Below, in pieces: positions 39,730 to 49,790 of a stretch of 64,000 nucleotides of DNA; the stretch's first letter is position 1, and each line of letters opens with the position of its first letter. Below the pieces are notes generated by a model. That model worked only from the letters and a program-made list of their open reading frames with translations. It did no database searches and was not told the origin of the DNA. The DNA comes from an uncultured Candidatus Saccharibacteria bacterium. GTDB lineage: Bacteria > Patescibacteriota > Minisyncoccia > Phycocordibacterales > CALRHW01. The stretch spans positions 164,273 through 228,272 of the forward strand of contig CAYOUG010000001.1 in NCBI GenBank assembly GCA_964407105.1, read 5' to 3'. The position numbers and the translations under genes are program-made.

Positions 39730-39749
39730 TTATACACAAGATATGCACA
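39730..39749 (+). promoter_or_regulatory. DnaA boxes upstream of dnaA
   Basis: TTATACACA and degenerate ATATGCACA. Confidence 0.6.
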
Positions 39750-39817
39750 GTGTATCAACATATTTGTACCTTAAATACAAGTACGAAGTGTTTACCTATC
39801 ATATATAATAGTTCGAT

Positions 39818-41173
39818 ATGGATAGTAAAAAAATCTGGGAGAGTGTACTTGTGGATATAGAAATTAATGTTTCTAAGGCAAATTTCAATACTTGGTTCAA
39901 AGATACTTATATATATAAATTTGAAGATGGGGTGGTGTATTTGAGTGTGCCAAATAATTTTGTAAAGGAGTGGCTTCTTAAAAAATTTCACTCATATATA
40001 TTAAAGGCTTTGCGCGGACTATCAGAAAACGTTCGGTCGCTTGACTATATAGTAAGTAGGGGAGATATAAAGAAAAAAGAACCTGATCACATAAAAGGAT
40101 TAAACACTTTAGCTGAAAGCACAAACGAACTACCTTTAAATGAATTTTATATCAACAAAGACGATAATTTGAATCCAAAATACACCTTTGATTCTTTTAT
40201 TATCGGCCCATTCAACGAACTTGCTCACGCAGCAGCGCAAGCGATTATTAAAAAACCAGGAATTGTTTATAATCCACTTTTTGTTTACGGCAACACCGGA
40301 CACGGAAAAACCCACCTTATACAAGCAATAGGTAACCACATGAAACATACTTATCCTGAACGTAAGATACATTACCTTACATCAGAAAAATTTGCTGTTG
40401 ATTATATAAATTCAGTTCAAAATCAAAAAGTAAACAATTTCAAAGAAAAATATAGAAAATATGACGTTCTTATAATGGACGATATTCAATTTCTTTCAAA
40501 TAAAGAGAGGACTCAGGAAGAATTATTCCATTTGTTTAATTTTCTCTACGACAACAATAAGCAAATTATTTTTTCTTCAGACAAACATCCAAACTATATT
40601 CCACAACTCGAGGAACGTCTTAAATCGCGCTTTGGTGCTGGTATGATAGTAGACATTCCTCCTCCAGACGAAGAATCACGCGCAGCTATTTTGACTGCAA
40701 AACTAAAACAACACAACCTAGAACTACCAAAAGAGGTGCTTGCTTATCTTGCACAAACACTTTCTACAAACATTAGAGAGCTTGAGGGTGCTTTAAATGG
40801 GGTAATGATGCAAATGCAACTAAAACAAAAAGAAGTTACTCTTAATGATGTAAAAAACCTTCTTAAAAACAACACAAAACCAAAGAAAAATCTTTCACCA
40901 AAAGAAATAATAAAAATAATCGCTGATTTTTATAATATCAATGAAGAAAGTATTTATGAAAAAACAAGAAAAAAGGAAATAATAAAACCACGCCAAATTA
41001 CTATGTATATTTTACGAGAAGATTTTAATATCTCTTACCCATCAATAGGGGAGAAAATGGGAGGGCGAGACCACACTACAGTTATTCATTCGTGTGAAAA
41101 AATAAAAAACGACCTTAAATTAAATACTGACTTGGCGCAGGAGATAAATCAGATTAGATCAATGTTTGTTTGA
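39818..41173 (+). CDS. dnaA: Chromosomal replication initiator
   Basis: YNPLFVYGNTGHGKTHL, DDIQF, NIRELEGAL and GGRDHTTV motifs. Confidence 0.98.
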   Translation: MDSKKIWESVLVDIEINVSKANFNTWFKDTYIYKFEDGVVYLSVPNNFVKEWLLKKFHSYILKALRGLSENVRSLDYIVSRGDIKKKEPDHIKGLNTLAESTNELPLNEFYINKDDNLNPKYTFDSFIIGPFNELAHAAAQAIIKKPGIVYNPLFVYGNTGHGKTHLIQAIGNHMKHTYPERKIHYLTSEKFAVDYINSVQNQKVNNFKEKYRKYDVLIMDDIQFLSNKERTQEELFHLFNFLYDNNKQIIFSSDKHPNYIPQLEERLKSRFGAGMIVDIPPPDEESRAAILTAKLKQHNLELPKEVLAYLAQTLSTNIRELEGALNGVMMQMQLKQKEVTLNDVKNLLKNNTKPKKNLSPKEIIKIIADFYNINEESIYEKTRKKEIIKPRQITMYILREDFNISYPSIGEKMGGRDHTTVIHSCEKIKNDLKLNTDLAQEINQIRSMFV

Positions 41174-41402
41174 TGTGTAAAACCTTGTGTATATAGTGTG
41201 GATAGGGATGAATAAGTGTGGATAAAAAAACAAATTATTTTTCAAAAACTACTTTATGAACAACCTATTAAAAACAATCCACAGTTCAATAATTGAAAAT
41301 AAAAAAAATACGGCTAATTATCGAGGTTTAAAAAGTTATCCAGATATCCACATCCCGTATAATAGTAATAGTATTTATATATAATATATACATACAACAT
41401 AT
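41174..41402. other. oriC: DnaA box array plus unwinding element
   Basis: Boxes at 41186, 41197, 41217 (perfect), 41254, 41275, 41336 and 41344; then cccg, TAATAGTAATAGTAT trios and an AT-rich tract. Confidence 0.88.
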
Positions 41403-42503
41403 ATGAAAATAGAATGTCTTATCGAAAAATTAAATAAACATATAATGCAGGCTGAGCGTATTGCAGGTAAAAATCATTCACTACCAATTATTAATTGTAT
41501 TTTATTGGAAGCAACAAAAAACTCACTTCGTATTAGATCTACAAATCTTGATTTAGGTATAGAAATTACTGTGCCAGTAAAAGTATTAGAAGAGGGAAGT
41601 GTTGCTGTACCCGCTGGTATATTAGGTATGTTTTTATCGAGTTTACATACAGATAAAGCAGTAACACTAGAAACAAAAGATAATACTTTATTTGTTTTTT
41701 CTCAAAAAAATTCAACACAAATAAAAACCCAGTCAGTAGAAGATTTTCCAACATTACCAATGGTTTCAAATGAAAAACTATTTAAAATTAATCCACAAGA
41801 TTTTATAAATGGTTTAAAGTCGGTATGGTACAGCTCTTCAGTTTCAAGTATGAAATCTGAACTCTCAAGTGTTTATATTTACAGTGATGATGATAGTCTT
41901 GTTTTTGTTGCCACTGACTCATTTAGGCTTGCTGAGAAAAAAATAAAAAACCAGAAAATAAAAGAATTTAATCATCTTCTTATTCCTTTTAAAAACATTC
42001 CAGAAATAATTCGAGTACTTGAAAATACTTCAAATGAAGTGGAAATTTGTGTAGAAAAAAACCAAATATCTTTTACATACGAATACATATACCTTACTTC
42101 ACGTGTTATTGATGGTGTTTTTCCTGATTACAAACAAATTATCCCTAAAAATTTTACTACCGAAGTGGTAATGTTAAAACAAGATTTTGTAAATTCTCTT
42201 AAGACAGCAAATATTTTCTCAAACAAACTTAATCAGATAAACATAAAAGCATTACCGTCTAAAAAGATATTTGAACTTCAAACAAAAAATTCAGATATTG
42301 GAGAAAACACAAATAGTATTGATGCTGTTTTTATAGGTGAAGATATAGATATTAATTTTAATTATAAATATGTTGTTGATTGTCTCCAATCCATTGATTC
42401 AGAAAGTATTTCTTTAAATTTTACAGGAATGAATAAACCAATGGTGATATTTGGTGTTTCAGATAAATCATTTCTTTATCTTGTGATGCCTATGAATAGG
42501 TAG
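41403..42503 (+). CDS. dnaN: DNA polymerase III beta clamp
   Basis: STNLD, ATDSFRLA, G.FPDY..IIP and YLVMPM motifs. Confidence 0.97.
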   Translation: MKIECLIEKLNKHIMQAERIAGKNHSLPIINCILLEATKNSLRIRSTNLDLGIEITVPVKVLEEGSVAVPAGILGMFLSSLHTDKAVTLETKDNTLFVFSQKNSTQIKTQSVEDFPTLPMVSNEKLFKINPQDFINGLKSVWYSSSVSSMKSELSSVYIYSDDDSLVFVATDSFRLAEKKIKNQKIKEFNHLLIPFKNIPEIIRVLENTSNEVEICVEKNQISFTYEYIYLTSRVIDGVFPDYKQIIPKNFTTEVVMLKQDFVNSLKTANIFSNKLNQINIKALPSKKIFELQTKNSDIGENTNSIDAVFIGEDIDINFNYKYVVDCLQSIDSESISLNFTGMNKPMVIFGVSDKSFLYLVMPMNR

Positions 42504-42508
42504 ATTTT

Positions 42509-42763
42509 ATGGAAAATATCACTTCTTTTTTACAAAAATTCAAAAAAATACTTTCTTCTCAAGGTGCTCACGCGTATGTATTTATTGAAATTGTAAAAGA
42601 CGAGCTTGGTATTAAGTTACAAAAAAAAGATGTGAGTGTTCGAGGTAATGTGATTTATGTTCGTGTTTCTCCAGCATCAAAAAATACAATATTTTTAAAA
42701 AAGAAGAAAATACTCGATCTACTCACAGAACAGGCTGGTCGCCACGTCACCGATATTCGCTAA
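42509..42763 (+). CDS. Small basic protein, possible DciA (DUF721)-like
   Basis: Follows dnaN; GNVIYVRVS....IFLKKKKIL..L......TDIR pattern. Confidence 0.5.
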   Translation: MENITSFLQKFKKILSSQGAHAYVFIEIVKDELGIKLQKKDVSVRGNVIYVRVSPASKNTIFLKKKKILDLLTEQAGRHVTDIR

Positions 42764-42765
42764 GG

Positions 42766-45255
42766 CTACTTGTTTATTTCAAATACGACAAAATCTTCAT
42801 CTTTATTAAACACTTCGTCGTACACCACTATTTTGAGCTCATTGTTTCCGTTTTTAATAAAATCAAGATCGTTGGGAACAAAAGAAATAGTAAAAGGAGA
42901 TTTTGTGTTTACACCAACCACGTTTCCGTTTATATAATATTCTATTTTTTGAATAGGGAATTCTCCGGAATATTCTATTGATGTGTTTATTTTTTTATCA
43001 CTATCATATTTTTTGTTTTTTTGAGGAGTTTCAATTGAAATGTTCGGCATATTTTCTGGAGTGTGCACATCGTCATATTTTGTTGGTTTTGATACGTCTG
43101 ATTCATTGATATTGTTTTCTTCAACCCATTTACGAACACCATACTCCCAGTTTTTAAATTGAGGATCGTCGTCCGGGTTGCTTGGTATTGGTCCGCGAGG
43201 ATTATTTTTGTCTACCCAATAAAGAATAGAGTGAACAGTACCAGTAACCACCTCTTTTTGTGTTTCTGGTGGAGTGTATTCTGTTGCGAGTTTTCCAGAT
43301 ACGGTATCAATCGAATATGTTTCGCCACCCTGCCATTTGTCACGAAGAATTGGTTTTTGATCACTTAAATCCTCAACAAAAGGCGCTTCAAATTTTTCAT
43401 TCGGATAATTCTCAAGAGCTTTACTCATTATTTTGTTCCAATATGGAGCAATAATGTAACCAGCCACCTTTTTGTCCATCGGAGTGTTATTGTTGTTACC
43501 AACCCACCCGCCAATAACCAAACTTGGTGTGTAACCAACAATCCAAGCATCTTTGTAGTCATTGGTAGTACCTGTTTTTACAGCCACATCACGATTTGGA
43601 ATATACAGAGATGAGTGTGCTCCAAAAATTGGTGCACGCGCTTCATCGTCTGAAAGAATATTAGAAATTTGTAACGCTACATTTTTGTCTAATACATTTG
43701 TTGGGGTTTGTTCAGTTTTTGTGATAACACCAGTGTCTTTGTCTGTAATTTCAAGAATTGTTTTATATGGATAACGCACCCCATTGTTTGCAAAAACACC
43801 ATAAGCGCTTGTCATATCTACAAGCGACACCTCACCACCTCCAAGCACAAGAGTGAGCCCGTATTGATCTATGTTTCCAAGAGTGCTGATACCCATATCT
43901 TTTGCAAAACGAAGAGTATCGCGCATACCAGCAAGATAAAGTGTTTTTATGGCTGGAATGTTTATCGATTGGGCAAGAGCGTTGCGCATTGTCATTGGTC
44001 CGCGAAAATTACCAGTATAATTTATTGGCGCATAACATCCGTCACCGTTTTTCATATCATCTGGTTTGCAGGTTGTTGAAAATTGAGTTTTAACATCAAA
44101 AAGCACAGTGCTTGGAGTGAATCCTTTTGTAAATGCTGTTGCGTATGCAAATGGTTTGAAGGCAGATCCAGGTTGTCTTTTAGCTAGTGCAATATTAAAA
44201 TTACCGTCTATTGTGGTGTCAAAGTAGTCTCTAGAGCCTACCATTGCTAAGACATCTCCATTTTTAGGGTCGATTGCTACAGTCGCAATATTTTCAGCTT
44301 GGTGTGTTTTTGCGTTTGCAAGCGCATACTCTTTTGCCTCTTTTTCTATCATTTCTTGAAGTTTGTAGTCGAGTGTGGTGATTACTTTAAGTCCACCTTG
44401 TTCTAAAACCTCTTTCCCGTATTGTTTTTCAAGTAAATCTTTTACAAACATCACAAAATGCGGTGCTTTTATTCCCGACTCCTCTTGAGTTTTAAAAACA
44501 ACAACTTCGTTTTTTGCTTGATTAAATTCTGTTTCGTTTATATAACCCTGATTTTTCATTTCTTCAAGGACAACATTTTTTCTTTCATCTAAGGCGGTGC
44601 GATTTTTGTATGGAGAATAGTATGATGGAGCTTTTGGAAGGGAAGCGAGGTATGCCGCTTCTGCTATGGTTATATCTTTTGATTTTTTGCCAAAAAACGC
44701 ACTACTTGCTTCTTCGACACCATAAATACTACCGCCGTAAGGAATTTCATTTAGATACATTGCCAGTATTTCGTCTTTTGTGAGAATTTTTTCAAGTTTA
44801 ATAGCAAGCACCCACTCTTTTATTTTTCGTGAAATACTTTTTTCACCAGTGAGTAAGGAATTTTTTACTACTTGTTGTGTAATGGTTGATCCACCCTGAC
44901 TAAATTGAAGTGTTTTTAGGTTTGCAAATATTGCACGAATAAAAGAAGAAGGTTTTACACCATGATGTGTATAAAATTCTTTATCTTCAATTGCAATTGA
45001 AGCGTGTTTTATGTGGTCTGAAATTTGGTCAAGAGGCACCACCGTGCGACGAATATTTTGATATACATCATAAAGAAGTACTTCGCCTGTGCGATCATAA
45101 ATTTTTGTTGATTGAGAAACTTTACGCTCTTGAAAAGAGTCTAGGGTGGGTAGTTTGAATGTTGAAATCCAAAGTAAAAAAATGGAGATGAAAATGATAA
45201 ATGCGCCAGATCCTAAAAATACAATATTTTTAATTAGACGAGTTTTCTTTTTCAT
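42766..45255 (-). CDS. Class A penicillin-binding protein with C-terminal Ig-like domain
   Basis: EDKEFY.H, GGSTITQQ, SAFK, SIN and KTG motifs. Confidence 0.94.
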   Translation of the reverse strand: MKKKTRLIKNIVFLGSGAFIIFISIFLLWISTFKLPTLDSFQERKVSQSTKIYDRTGEVLLYDVYQNIRRTVVPLDQISDHIKHASIAIEDKEFYTHHGVKPSSFIRAIFANLKTLQFSQGGSTITQQVVKNSLLTGEKSISRKIKEWVLAIKLEKILTKDEILAMYLNEIPYGGSIYGVEEASSAFFGKKSKDITIAEAAYLASLPKAPSYYSPYKNRTALDERKNVVLEEMKNQGYINETEFNQAKNEVVVFKTQEESGIKAPHFVMFVKDLLEKQYGKEVLEQGGLKVITTLDYKLQEMIEKEAKEYALANAKTHQAENIATVAIDPKNGDVLAMVGSRDYFDTTIDGNFNIALAKRQPGSAFKPFAYATAFTKGFTPSTVLFDVKTQFSTTCKPDDMKNGDGCYAPINYTGNFRGPMTMRNALAQSINIPAIKTLYLAGMRDTLRFAKDMGISTLGNIDQYGLTLVLGGGEVSLVDMTSAYGVFANNGVRYPYKTILEITDKDTGVITKTEQTPTNVLDKNVALQISNILSDDEARAPIFGAHSSLYIPNRDVAVKTGTTNDYKDAWIVGYTPSLVIGGWVGNNNNTPMDKKVAGYIIAPYWNKIMSKALENYPNEKFEAPFVEDLSDQKPILRDKWQGGETYSIDTVSGKLATEYTPPETQKEVVTGTVHSILYWVDKNNPRGPIPSNPDDDPQFKNWEYGVRKWVEENNINESDVSKPTKYDDVHTPENMPNISIETPQKNKKYDSDKKINTSIEYSGEFPIQKIEYYINGNVVGVNTKSPFTISFVPNDLDFIKNGNNELKIVVYDEVFNKDEDFVVFEINK

Positions 45256-45331
45256 TTGTTTATTTTATCATAACGGACACAAGAGTATATGGATTCCAAA
45301 AACAACGCAAATATGATACATTTACGTCATT

Positions 45332-46549
45332 ATGAAACTGTTTGGTGCTAGAAAAGTTAATACAGACAAAGACGCTATTCGTGAGCTACTTACTCGTGGT
45401 GTAGAAGAGATTTTTGTAAAAGAAAGTTTGGAAAAAAAGCTTTTTTCAGGCAAACCCCTTAGAATAAAACTCGGCTTTGATCCTACTGGCTCGAATATTC
45501 ATATCGGTCGTGCTGTGGTGCTTCGAAAACTTCGTGAGTTTCAAAATCTTGGACACACCATCGTTTTTATTATTGGTGATTTTACCGCGCAAATAGGCGA
45601 CCCATCAGACAAACTTTCAAAACGTCCGATGCTTTCTAGTGCTGAGATTAAAAAAAATCTAAATCAATATAAAGCACAGGTTGGTAAAATTATCGATCTT
45701 TCTCGAGTGGAGTTTCATTACAACAGTAAATGGCTTTCAAAACTTACTTTTCAGGAGATAAGTAGTTTGGCAGAAAGTTTTTCTGTACAACAGATGTCGA
45801 ATCGTAGAAATTTTAAAGAGCGTCTTGATCGTGGAGAAGAGGTTTCTTTGCGAGAGTTTTTATACCCACTTATGCAGGGTTATGATTCGGTGATGGTAAA
45901 AGCAGATGTTGAAATAGGTGGTTTTGACCAACTTTTTAATCTTAAAGCTGGAAGAACTATTCAAAAACACTACAACATGCCTGAGCAGGATGTGCTCATT
46001 ACCAAAATGCTTGAGGGCACTGATGGGAGAAAAATGTCTACAAGCTGGGGTAATGTAATTAATGTTGTTGATGACGCCAAAAATATGTTTGGAAAAATTA
46101 TGTCGATACGCGACAATCTTATTACGCAATATTTTCTACTTTGTACAGATGTACCAGAAGGTGAAATTGGAGCGATAGAAAAAAGTTTTGAATTTGGAGC
46201 AAATCCACGCGATATAAAAATGAAGCTCGCCACACAAATTGTAACCATTTATCATGGTTCGGCCTCAGCCCAAAAAGCAAAAGAAGATTTTATCAATACA
46301 TTTCAGAAAGGTGCAATTCCTGACGATATTCAGGAACTGTCTTTAGCACCAAATACACCTTTGGTAGATGCGCTACTTGTTGCTGGGGTAGTAAAATCAA
46401 AATCAGATTGGCGACGACTTGTAAAAGAAGGTGCAGTGCAAACAATGGACGATAAAACGATTATTTTAGACCCGGCTTTTACTGTATGGAAAGATGTTGT
46501 AATAAAAATAGGGAAGTTGCGTTTCGTTAAAATAAAAATTATTTCATAA
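45332..46549 (+). CDS. tyrS: Tyrosine-tRNA ligase
   Basis: GFDPT...HIGR, YPLMQGYD, GG.DQ and KMSTS motifs; S4-like tail. Confidence 0.96.
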   Translation: MKLFGARKVNTDKDAIRELLTRGVEEIFVKESLEKKLFSGKPLRIKLGFDPTGSNIHIGRAVVLRKLREFQNLGHTIVFIIGDFTAQIGDPSDKLSKRPMLSSAEIKKNLNQYKAQVGKIIDLSRVEFHYNSKWLSKLTFQEISSLAESFSVQQMSNRRNFKERLDRGEEVSLREFLYPLMQGYDSVMVKADVEIGGFDQLFNLKAGRTIQKHYNMPEQDVLITKMLEGTDGRKMSTSWGNVINVVDDAKNMFGKIMSIRDNLITQYFLLCTDVPEGEIGAIEKSFEFGANPRDIKMKLATQIVTIYHGSASAQKAKEDFINTFQKGAIPDDIQELSLAPNTPLVDALLVAGVVKSKSDWRRLVKEGAVQTMDDKTIILDPAFTVWKDVVIKIGKLRFVKIKIIS

Positions 46550-46560
46550 TTTTTGGGTTA

Positions 46561-46596
46561 CAAACAAAAAAGAGCCGAAAGGCCCTTTTTTGTTTG
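46561..46596. terminator. Bidirectional terminator
   Basis: caaacaaaaaag-agcc-gaaa-ggcc-cttttttgtttg. Confidence 0.85.
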
Positions 46597-46597
46597 T

Positions 46598-46711
46598 TTA
46601 TATTGCTTCATCAATTCCCAAACCACCCACTTCTTCTTCCTCTTCTTCCAAATCGACTTCTTCTTCCACTTCCTCATCATCAACTTCCATAGGGTCTTTT
46701 TCGTCTTCCAT
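46598..46711 (-). CDS. Hyper-acidic 37-aa protein (not in the ORF track)
   Basis: MEDEKDPMEVDDEEVEEEVDLEEEEEEVGGLGIDEAI; strong GAA/GAT codon periodicity; stop abuts the terminator. Confidence 0.7.
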   Translation of the reverse strand: MEDEKDPMEVDDEEVEEEVDLEEEEEEVGGLGIDEAI

Positions 46712-46843
46712 ATTTTAAAAAATTATTTATAAAAACCCACGTTGTTTCTATTTATTTCTCGTGGACCCCCTATTTGTATCAAATCTCGAATTTTTTGCAA
46801 ATTTTTTCTTTAGAATATGTGGATAATAATTAGAAAATATAAT

Positions 46844-47350
46844 TTATCTTGATAAAAATTGTTTGGATGCTATGTGTGTAAGCCCCACCGCAATAGCGTC
46901 GAATTCATCATCAACTGTTTTTTTCTGTTTTATTTCTATAAGCTTTTTTACCATAAGAGTCACCTGATCTTTTGTGCTTCTTCCGTAGCCAGTTACTGCC
47001 ACTTTTATTTCCAGTGGAGTGTATTCATATATTTCAAGATCAGCTTGCGCCGCTTCATAAATTATTACACCGCGAGCCTCCGCTACTTTTATTACTGTTG
47101 TTTGGTTTGAATTAAAAAAAAGCTGTTCTATTGCCATGTCGGTGGGGGAATATTTGTTTATAACACGTCGAATTTCTTTACCAAGAAGAGCGAGGCGTTT
47201 GTCGTGACTGAGTTTTGCTGATGTATTAAAACATTCAGAAAAAATTAAACAATCTTTTGATTGTAAATTTTTTTCTAGAACAGCAATACCTGTGCGTTCA
47301 TAACCCGGATCTATTGAAATGACACAATATTTTTTTTGTTTACTCGGCAT
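46844..47350 (-). CDS. ruvC: Holliday junction resolvase
   Basis: IDPGY, IEQLFF, EARG, EYTP..IK.AVTGYG and DAIAV motifs. Confidence 0.95.
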   Translation of the reverse strand: MPSKQKKYCVISIDPGYERTGIAVLEKNLQSKDCLIFSECFNTSAKLSHDKRLALLGKEIRRVINKYSPTDMAIEQLFFNSNQTTVIKVAEARGVIIYEAAQADLEIYEYTPLEIKVAVTGYGRSTKDQVTLMVKKLIEIKQKKTVDDEFDAIAVGLTHIASKQFLSR

Positions 47351-47867
47351 TTGTATATACAGCCTGCACCTCGTCGTTGTCTTCGAGTTCGGTAATCAAT
47401 GTATCAAGTGTTTTCGCTTCTTCTTCTGAAATCGGTGTGGTGTTTTTTGGAATCCAAACACCCGCTGTTTTTTCAAAAGCCCACGTGGCCGAACCTATAC
47501 CTGCGAGTGTACAACCATGATTTGAAAGAATGTGTTTTATTTCCTGTGTTGCTTTGTTGTGGTTGTCAGTAAGGGCTTCAATAACAAGCGCACAACCTCC
47601 CGGGCCATAACTTTCATATACAACATGATCTAAATCTACAGCTTGGCTTGTTGCTTTTTTAATAGCGCGTTCGATATTTTCACTTGGCATGTTTTCGGCA
47701 CGAGCGCGTTCGATAATGGTTTTTAGTGTTGGTGAATTAATATTGCCATTACTTTTTTTTGCTTCCTGAGTAATGAGTTTTGCAAATTTAGCAAAAACTT
47801 TACTTTTCTGTCCGTCAGTTTTCTCTTTCTGTCTTTTTATTTGTGACCATTTATTATGTCCTGACAT
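47340..47867 (-). CDS. yebC: YebC/PmpR family protein (short form)
   Basis: MSGHNKWSQIK, YE.YGPGG, TDN and EDNDEVQ.VYTN motifs. Confidence 0.92.
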   Translation of the reverse strand: MSGHNKWSQIKRQKEKTDGQKSKVFAKFAKLITQEAKKSNGNINSPTLKTIIERARAENMPSENIERAIKKATSQAVDLDHVVYESYGPGGCALVIEALTDNHNKATQEIKHILSNHGCTLAGIGSATWAFEKTAGVWIPKNTTPISEEEAKTLDTLITELEDNDEVQAVYTNAE

Positions 47868-47876
47868 GGTATTTTT

Positions 47877-48926
47877 TTATAATAATTTTTTAGTTTTTCC
47901 ATCTTTTGGTAATACACCAATGTGTTCATATCCAGCATCTGTCACCACTCTACCACGCGGTGTGCGCTCTAGAAAACCCACCTGAAGAAGGTATGGCTCA
48001 TTAAATTCTTCTATCGTAGCCTGCTCTTCGGAGAGAGAGGCGGCGAGAGTATTTAAACCCACAGGACCCCCTTTAAATTTTTCGGCAATTGTTTGAAGAA
48101 TCGTGCGATCAGATGGTGAAAGACCTACGTGGTCGATACCAAGAAGCACAAGAGCCTGATCAACAATATCTTTTGTAAGTGACCGTTTGTGGACTTGTGC
48201 AAAATCTCGACAGCGTTTCAAAAAATAATTGGCGGTGCGTGGTGTAAAACGACTTCGTTTTGCGATCTCCGTAACCGCTGTTTTTTCTGCTTCTATGCCA
48301 AGAATTTTTGCTGAACGCTGTATAATTTCTTCAATTTCACTTTGGGTGTAATATTCAAGTCTAAAAATACCACCAGAAAAACGTGAGCGAAGAGGAGAGG
48401 AAATGAGAGCTACGCGAGTGGTTGCGGCAATAAGTGTGAAAAGTGGAAGTTCTAGCTGAACGGTGCGTGCTGAAGGACCTTTACCGATAATAATGTCGAG
48501 TACACCGGATTCCATCGCTGGATAAAGCACTTCTTCAATAGCTTTGTTGAGTCGATGAATTTCATCGATAAATAATATGTCGCCAACAGAAAGATTTGTG
48601 AGAATTGAAGCAAGATCACCCACTTTTTCAATGGCAGGACCAGACGTGATTTTTATTTGCGCACCAGTTTCTTTTGCAATGAGATGGGCGAGGGTTGTTT
48701 TGCCGAGTCCAGGTGGACCGTAAAAAAGAATATGTTCCGGTGGATGGTTTCGTTCACGAGCTGCGGTAAGAAGGATGTGGAGATTATCTTTTATGTTTTT
48801 CTGTCCAATATATTCATGCCATTTTGACGGTCGGAGAGTATGATCTAGAGAGGAGGCATCTTTTTCTGTATCCATTAATCCGGTGTCATCGAGCGGTTTT
48901 GCTGTTTTTGATGATAGCTTCTTCAT
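47877..48926 (-). CDS. ruvB: Holliday junction branch-migration ATPase
   Basis: LRP...EYIGQ, GPPGLGKTT, DEIHR and RTPRGR motifs. Confidence 0.97.
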   Translation of the reverse strand: MKKLSSKTAKPLDDTGLMDTEKDASSLDHTLRPSKWHEYIGQKNIKDNLHILLTAARERNHPPEHILFYGPPGLGKTTLAHLIAKETGAQIKITSGPAIEKVGDLASILTNLSVGDILFIDEIHRLNKAIEEVLYPAMESGVLDIIIGKGPSARTVQLELPLFTLIAATTRVALISSPLRSRFSGGIFRLEYYTQSEIEEIIQRSAKILGIEAEKTAVTEIAKRSRFTPRTANYFLKRCRDFAQVHKRSLTKDIVDQALVLLGIDHVGLSPSDRTILQTIAEKFKGGPVGLNTLAASLSEEQATIEEFNEPYLLQVGFLERTPRGRVVTDAGYEHIGVLPKDGKTKKLL

Positions 48927-48981
48927 GAAATCATTATATACAAAAACCCCCACGCTAGACAGCTGTTATGCATTACGCTAA

Positions 48982-49111
48982 TGATGTATTGACAAATACA
49001 TCAAATTATGCTATACTCTACGTTAGAAATACCTTGAAATTAAATGTGTGTTGAGATGTTTGCCACAACGGAAAATGGCTTGAAAATAAGCTATTTTCCG
49101 TTGTGGCAAAC
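48982..49111 (+). promoter_or_regulatory. Promoter with palindrome over -35, boxA-like motif and 24-bp leader hairpin
   Basis: TTGACA(48989)-17-TATACT(49012); tgatgtatt-gaca-aatacatca; TACCTTGAAA; stem at 49058-49111. Confidence 0.75.
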
Positions 49112-49157
49112 CAATGTGGTTAAGCCAACAAACAGCACTTCAGAAAGGAAAAGTCAC

Positions 49158-49718
49158 ATGGCACGTTCAAAGTCTGAAAAACTCATGAACCCGGCGACAG
49201 AATTGGAAATCGGAGAGGTGGAAGCAGTGGACACTTTTGTTTTGAAAGGAGACTCTTTCATTACGATCAGAGAGGGAAAACAGACCTCGACGATGGTGGC
49301 TTCCATCGACCCCTTTTTTATGAGTCGATTTTTTACGAAGACCCCAAATGCGGATCATGCCATGGTGGTTGTCAAACCACCAACATTGAAACGAAGGTTT
49401 CAGTGCACCGGCTTGAAGCGATACGACCATGGAAGGTACGTGGTTGCGAGCGAGGTGATTCGCGAGTTGGGTGGGGAAGCAAAGGTCGCAATAACTCCAG
49501 CGGAGTTTTGTCACTTTCTGGCGTCCCAATCCGATGATTTTAGGTTCAAGAATCGCGTTTGTTTTATGAGGGACACAAGTGGTGTTCTTCAGGAGGTTTA
49601 TGTGAGTTACTACCAACATGGTTCTCTAGCTGGTCTTCATATCAGCGCCAACCTCATCAATTGCGGTCGATGGTCTGAGGGAACACGTTTGGTTTTCCCT
49701 CGTGCCAAAGGAAAGTGA
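49158..49718 (+). CDS. Hypothetical protein, GC-richer accessory cassette
   Basis: SD gaaagga before ATG 49158; terminator at 49749-49790. Confidence 0.75.
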   Translation: MARSKSEKLMNPATELEIGEVEAVDTFVLKGDSFITIREGKQTSTMVASIDPFFMSRFFTKTPNADHAMVVVKPPTLKRRFQCTGLKRYDHGRYVVASEVIRELGGEAKVAITPAEFCHFLASQSDDFRFKNRVCFMRDTSGVLQEVYVSYYQHGSLAGLHISANLINCGRWSEGTRLVFPRAKGK

Positions 49719-49748
49719 TTCAATACACGAGATCCCTGATCGTTCTCT

Positions 49749-49790
49749 ATGGTCCTCGTTTGCTTAGGCAGACCGAGGACCATTTTTTTT
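49749..49790 (+). terminator. Intrinsic terminator
   Basis: atggtcctcg...cgaggaccat followed by a T-run. Confidence 0.85.

Noticed and set aside
41171-41173. Genetic code 25 (TGA read as Gly)
   Set aside because: dnaA and tsaE end at TGA at their expected lengths, and long ORFs have no internal TGA
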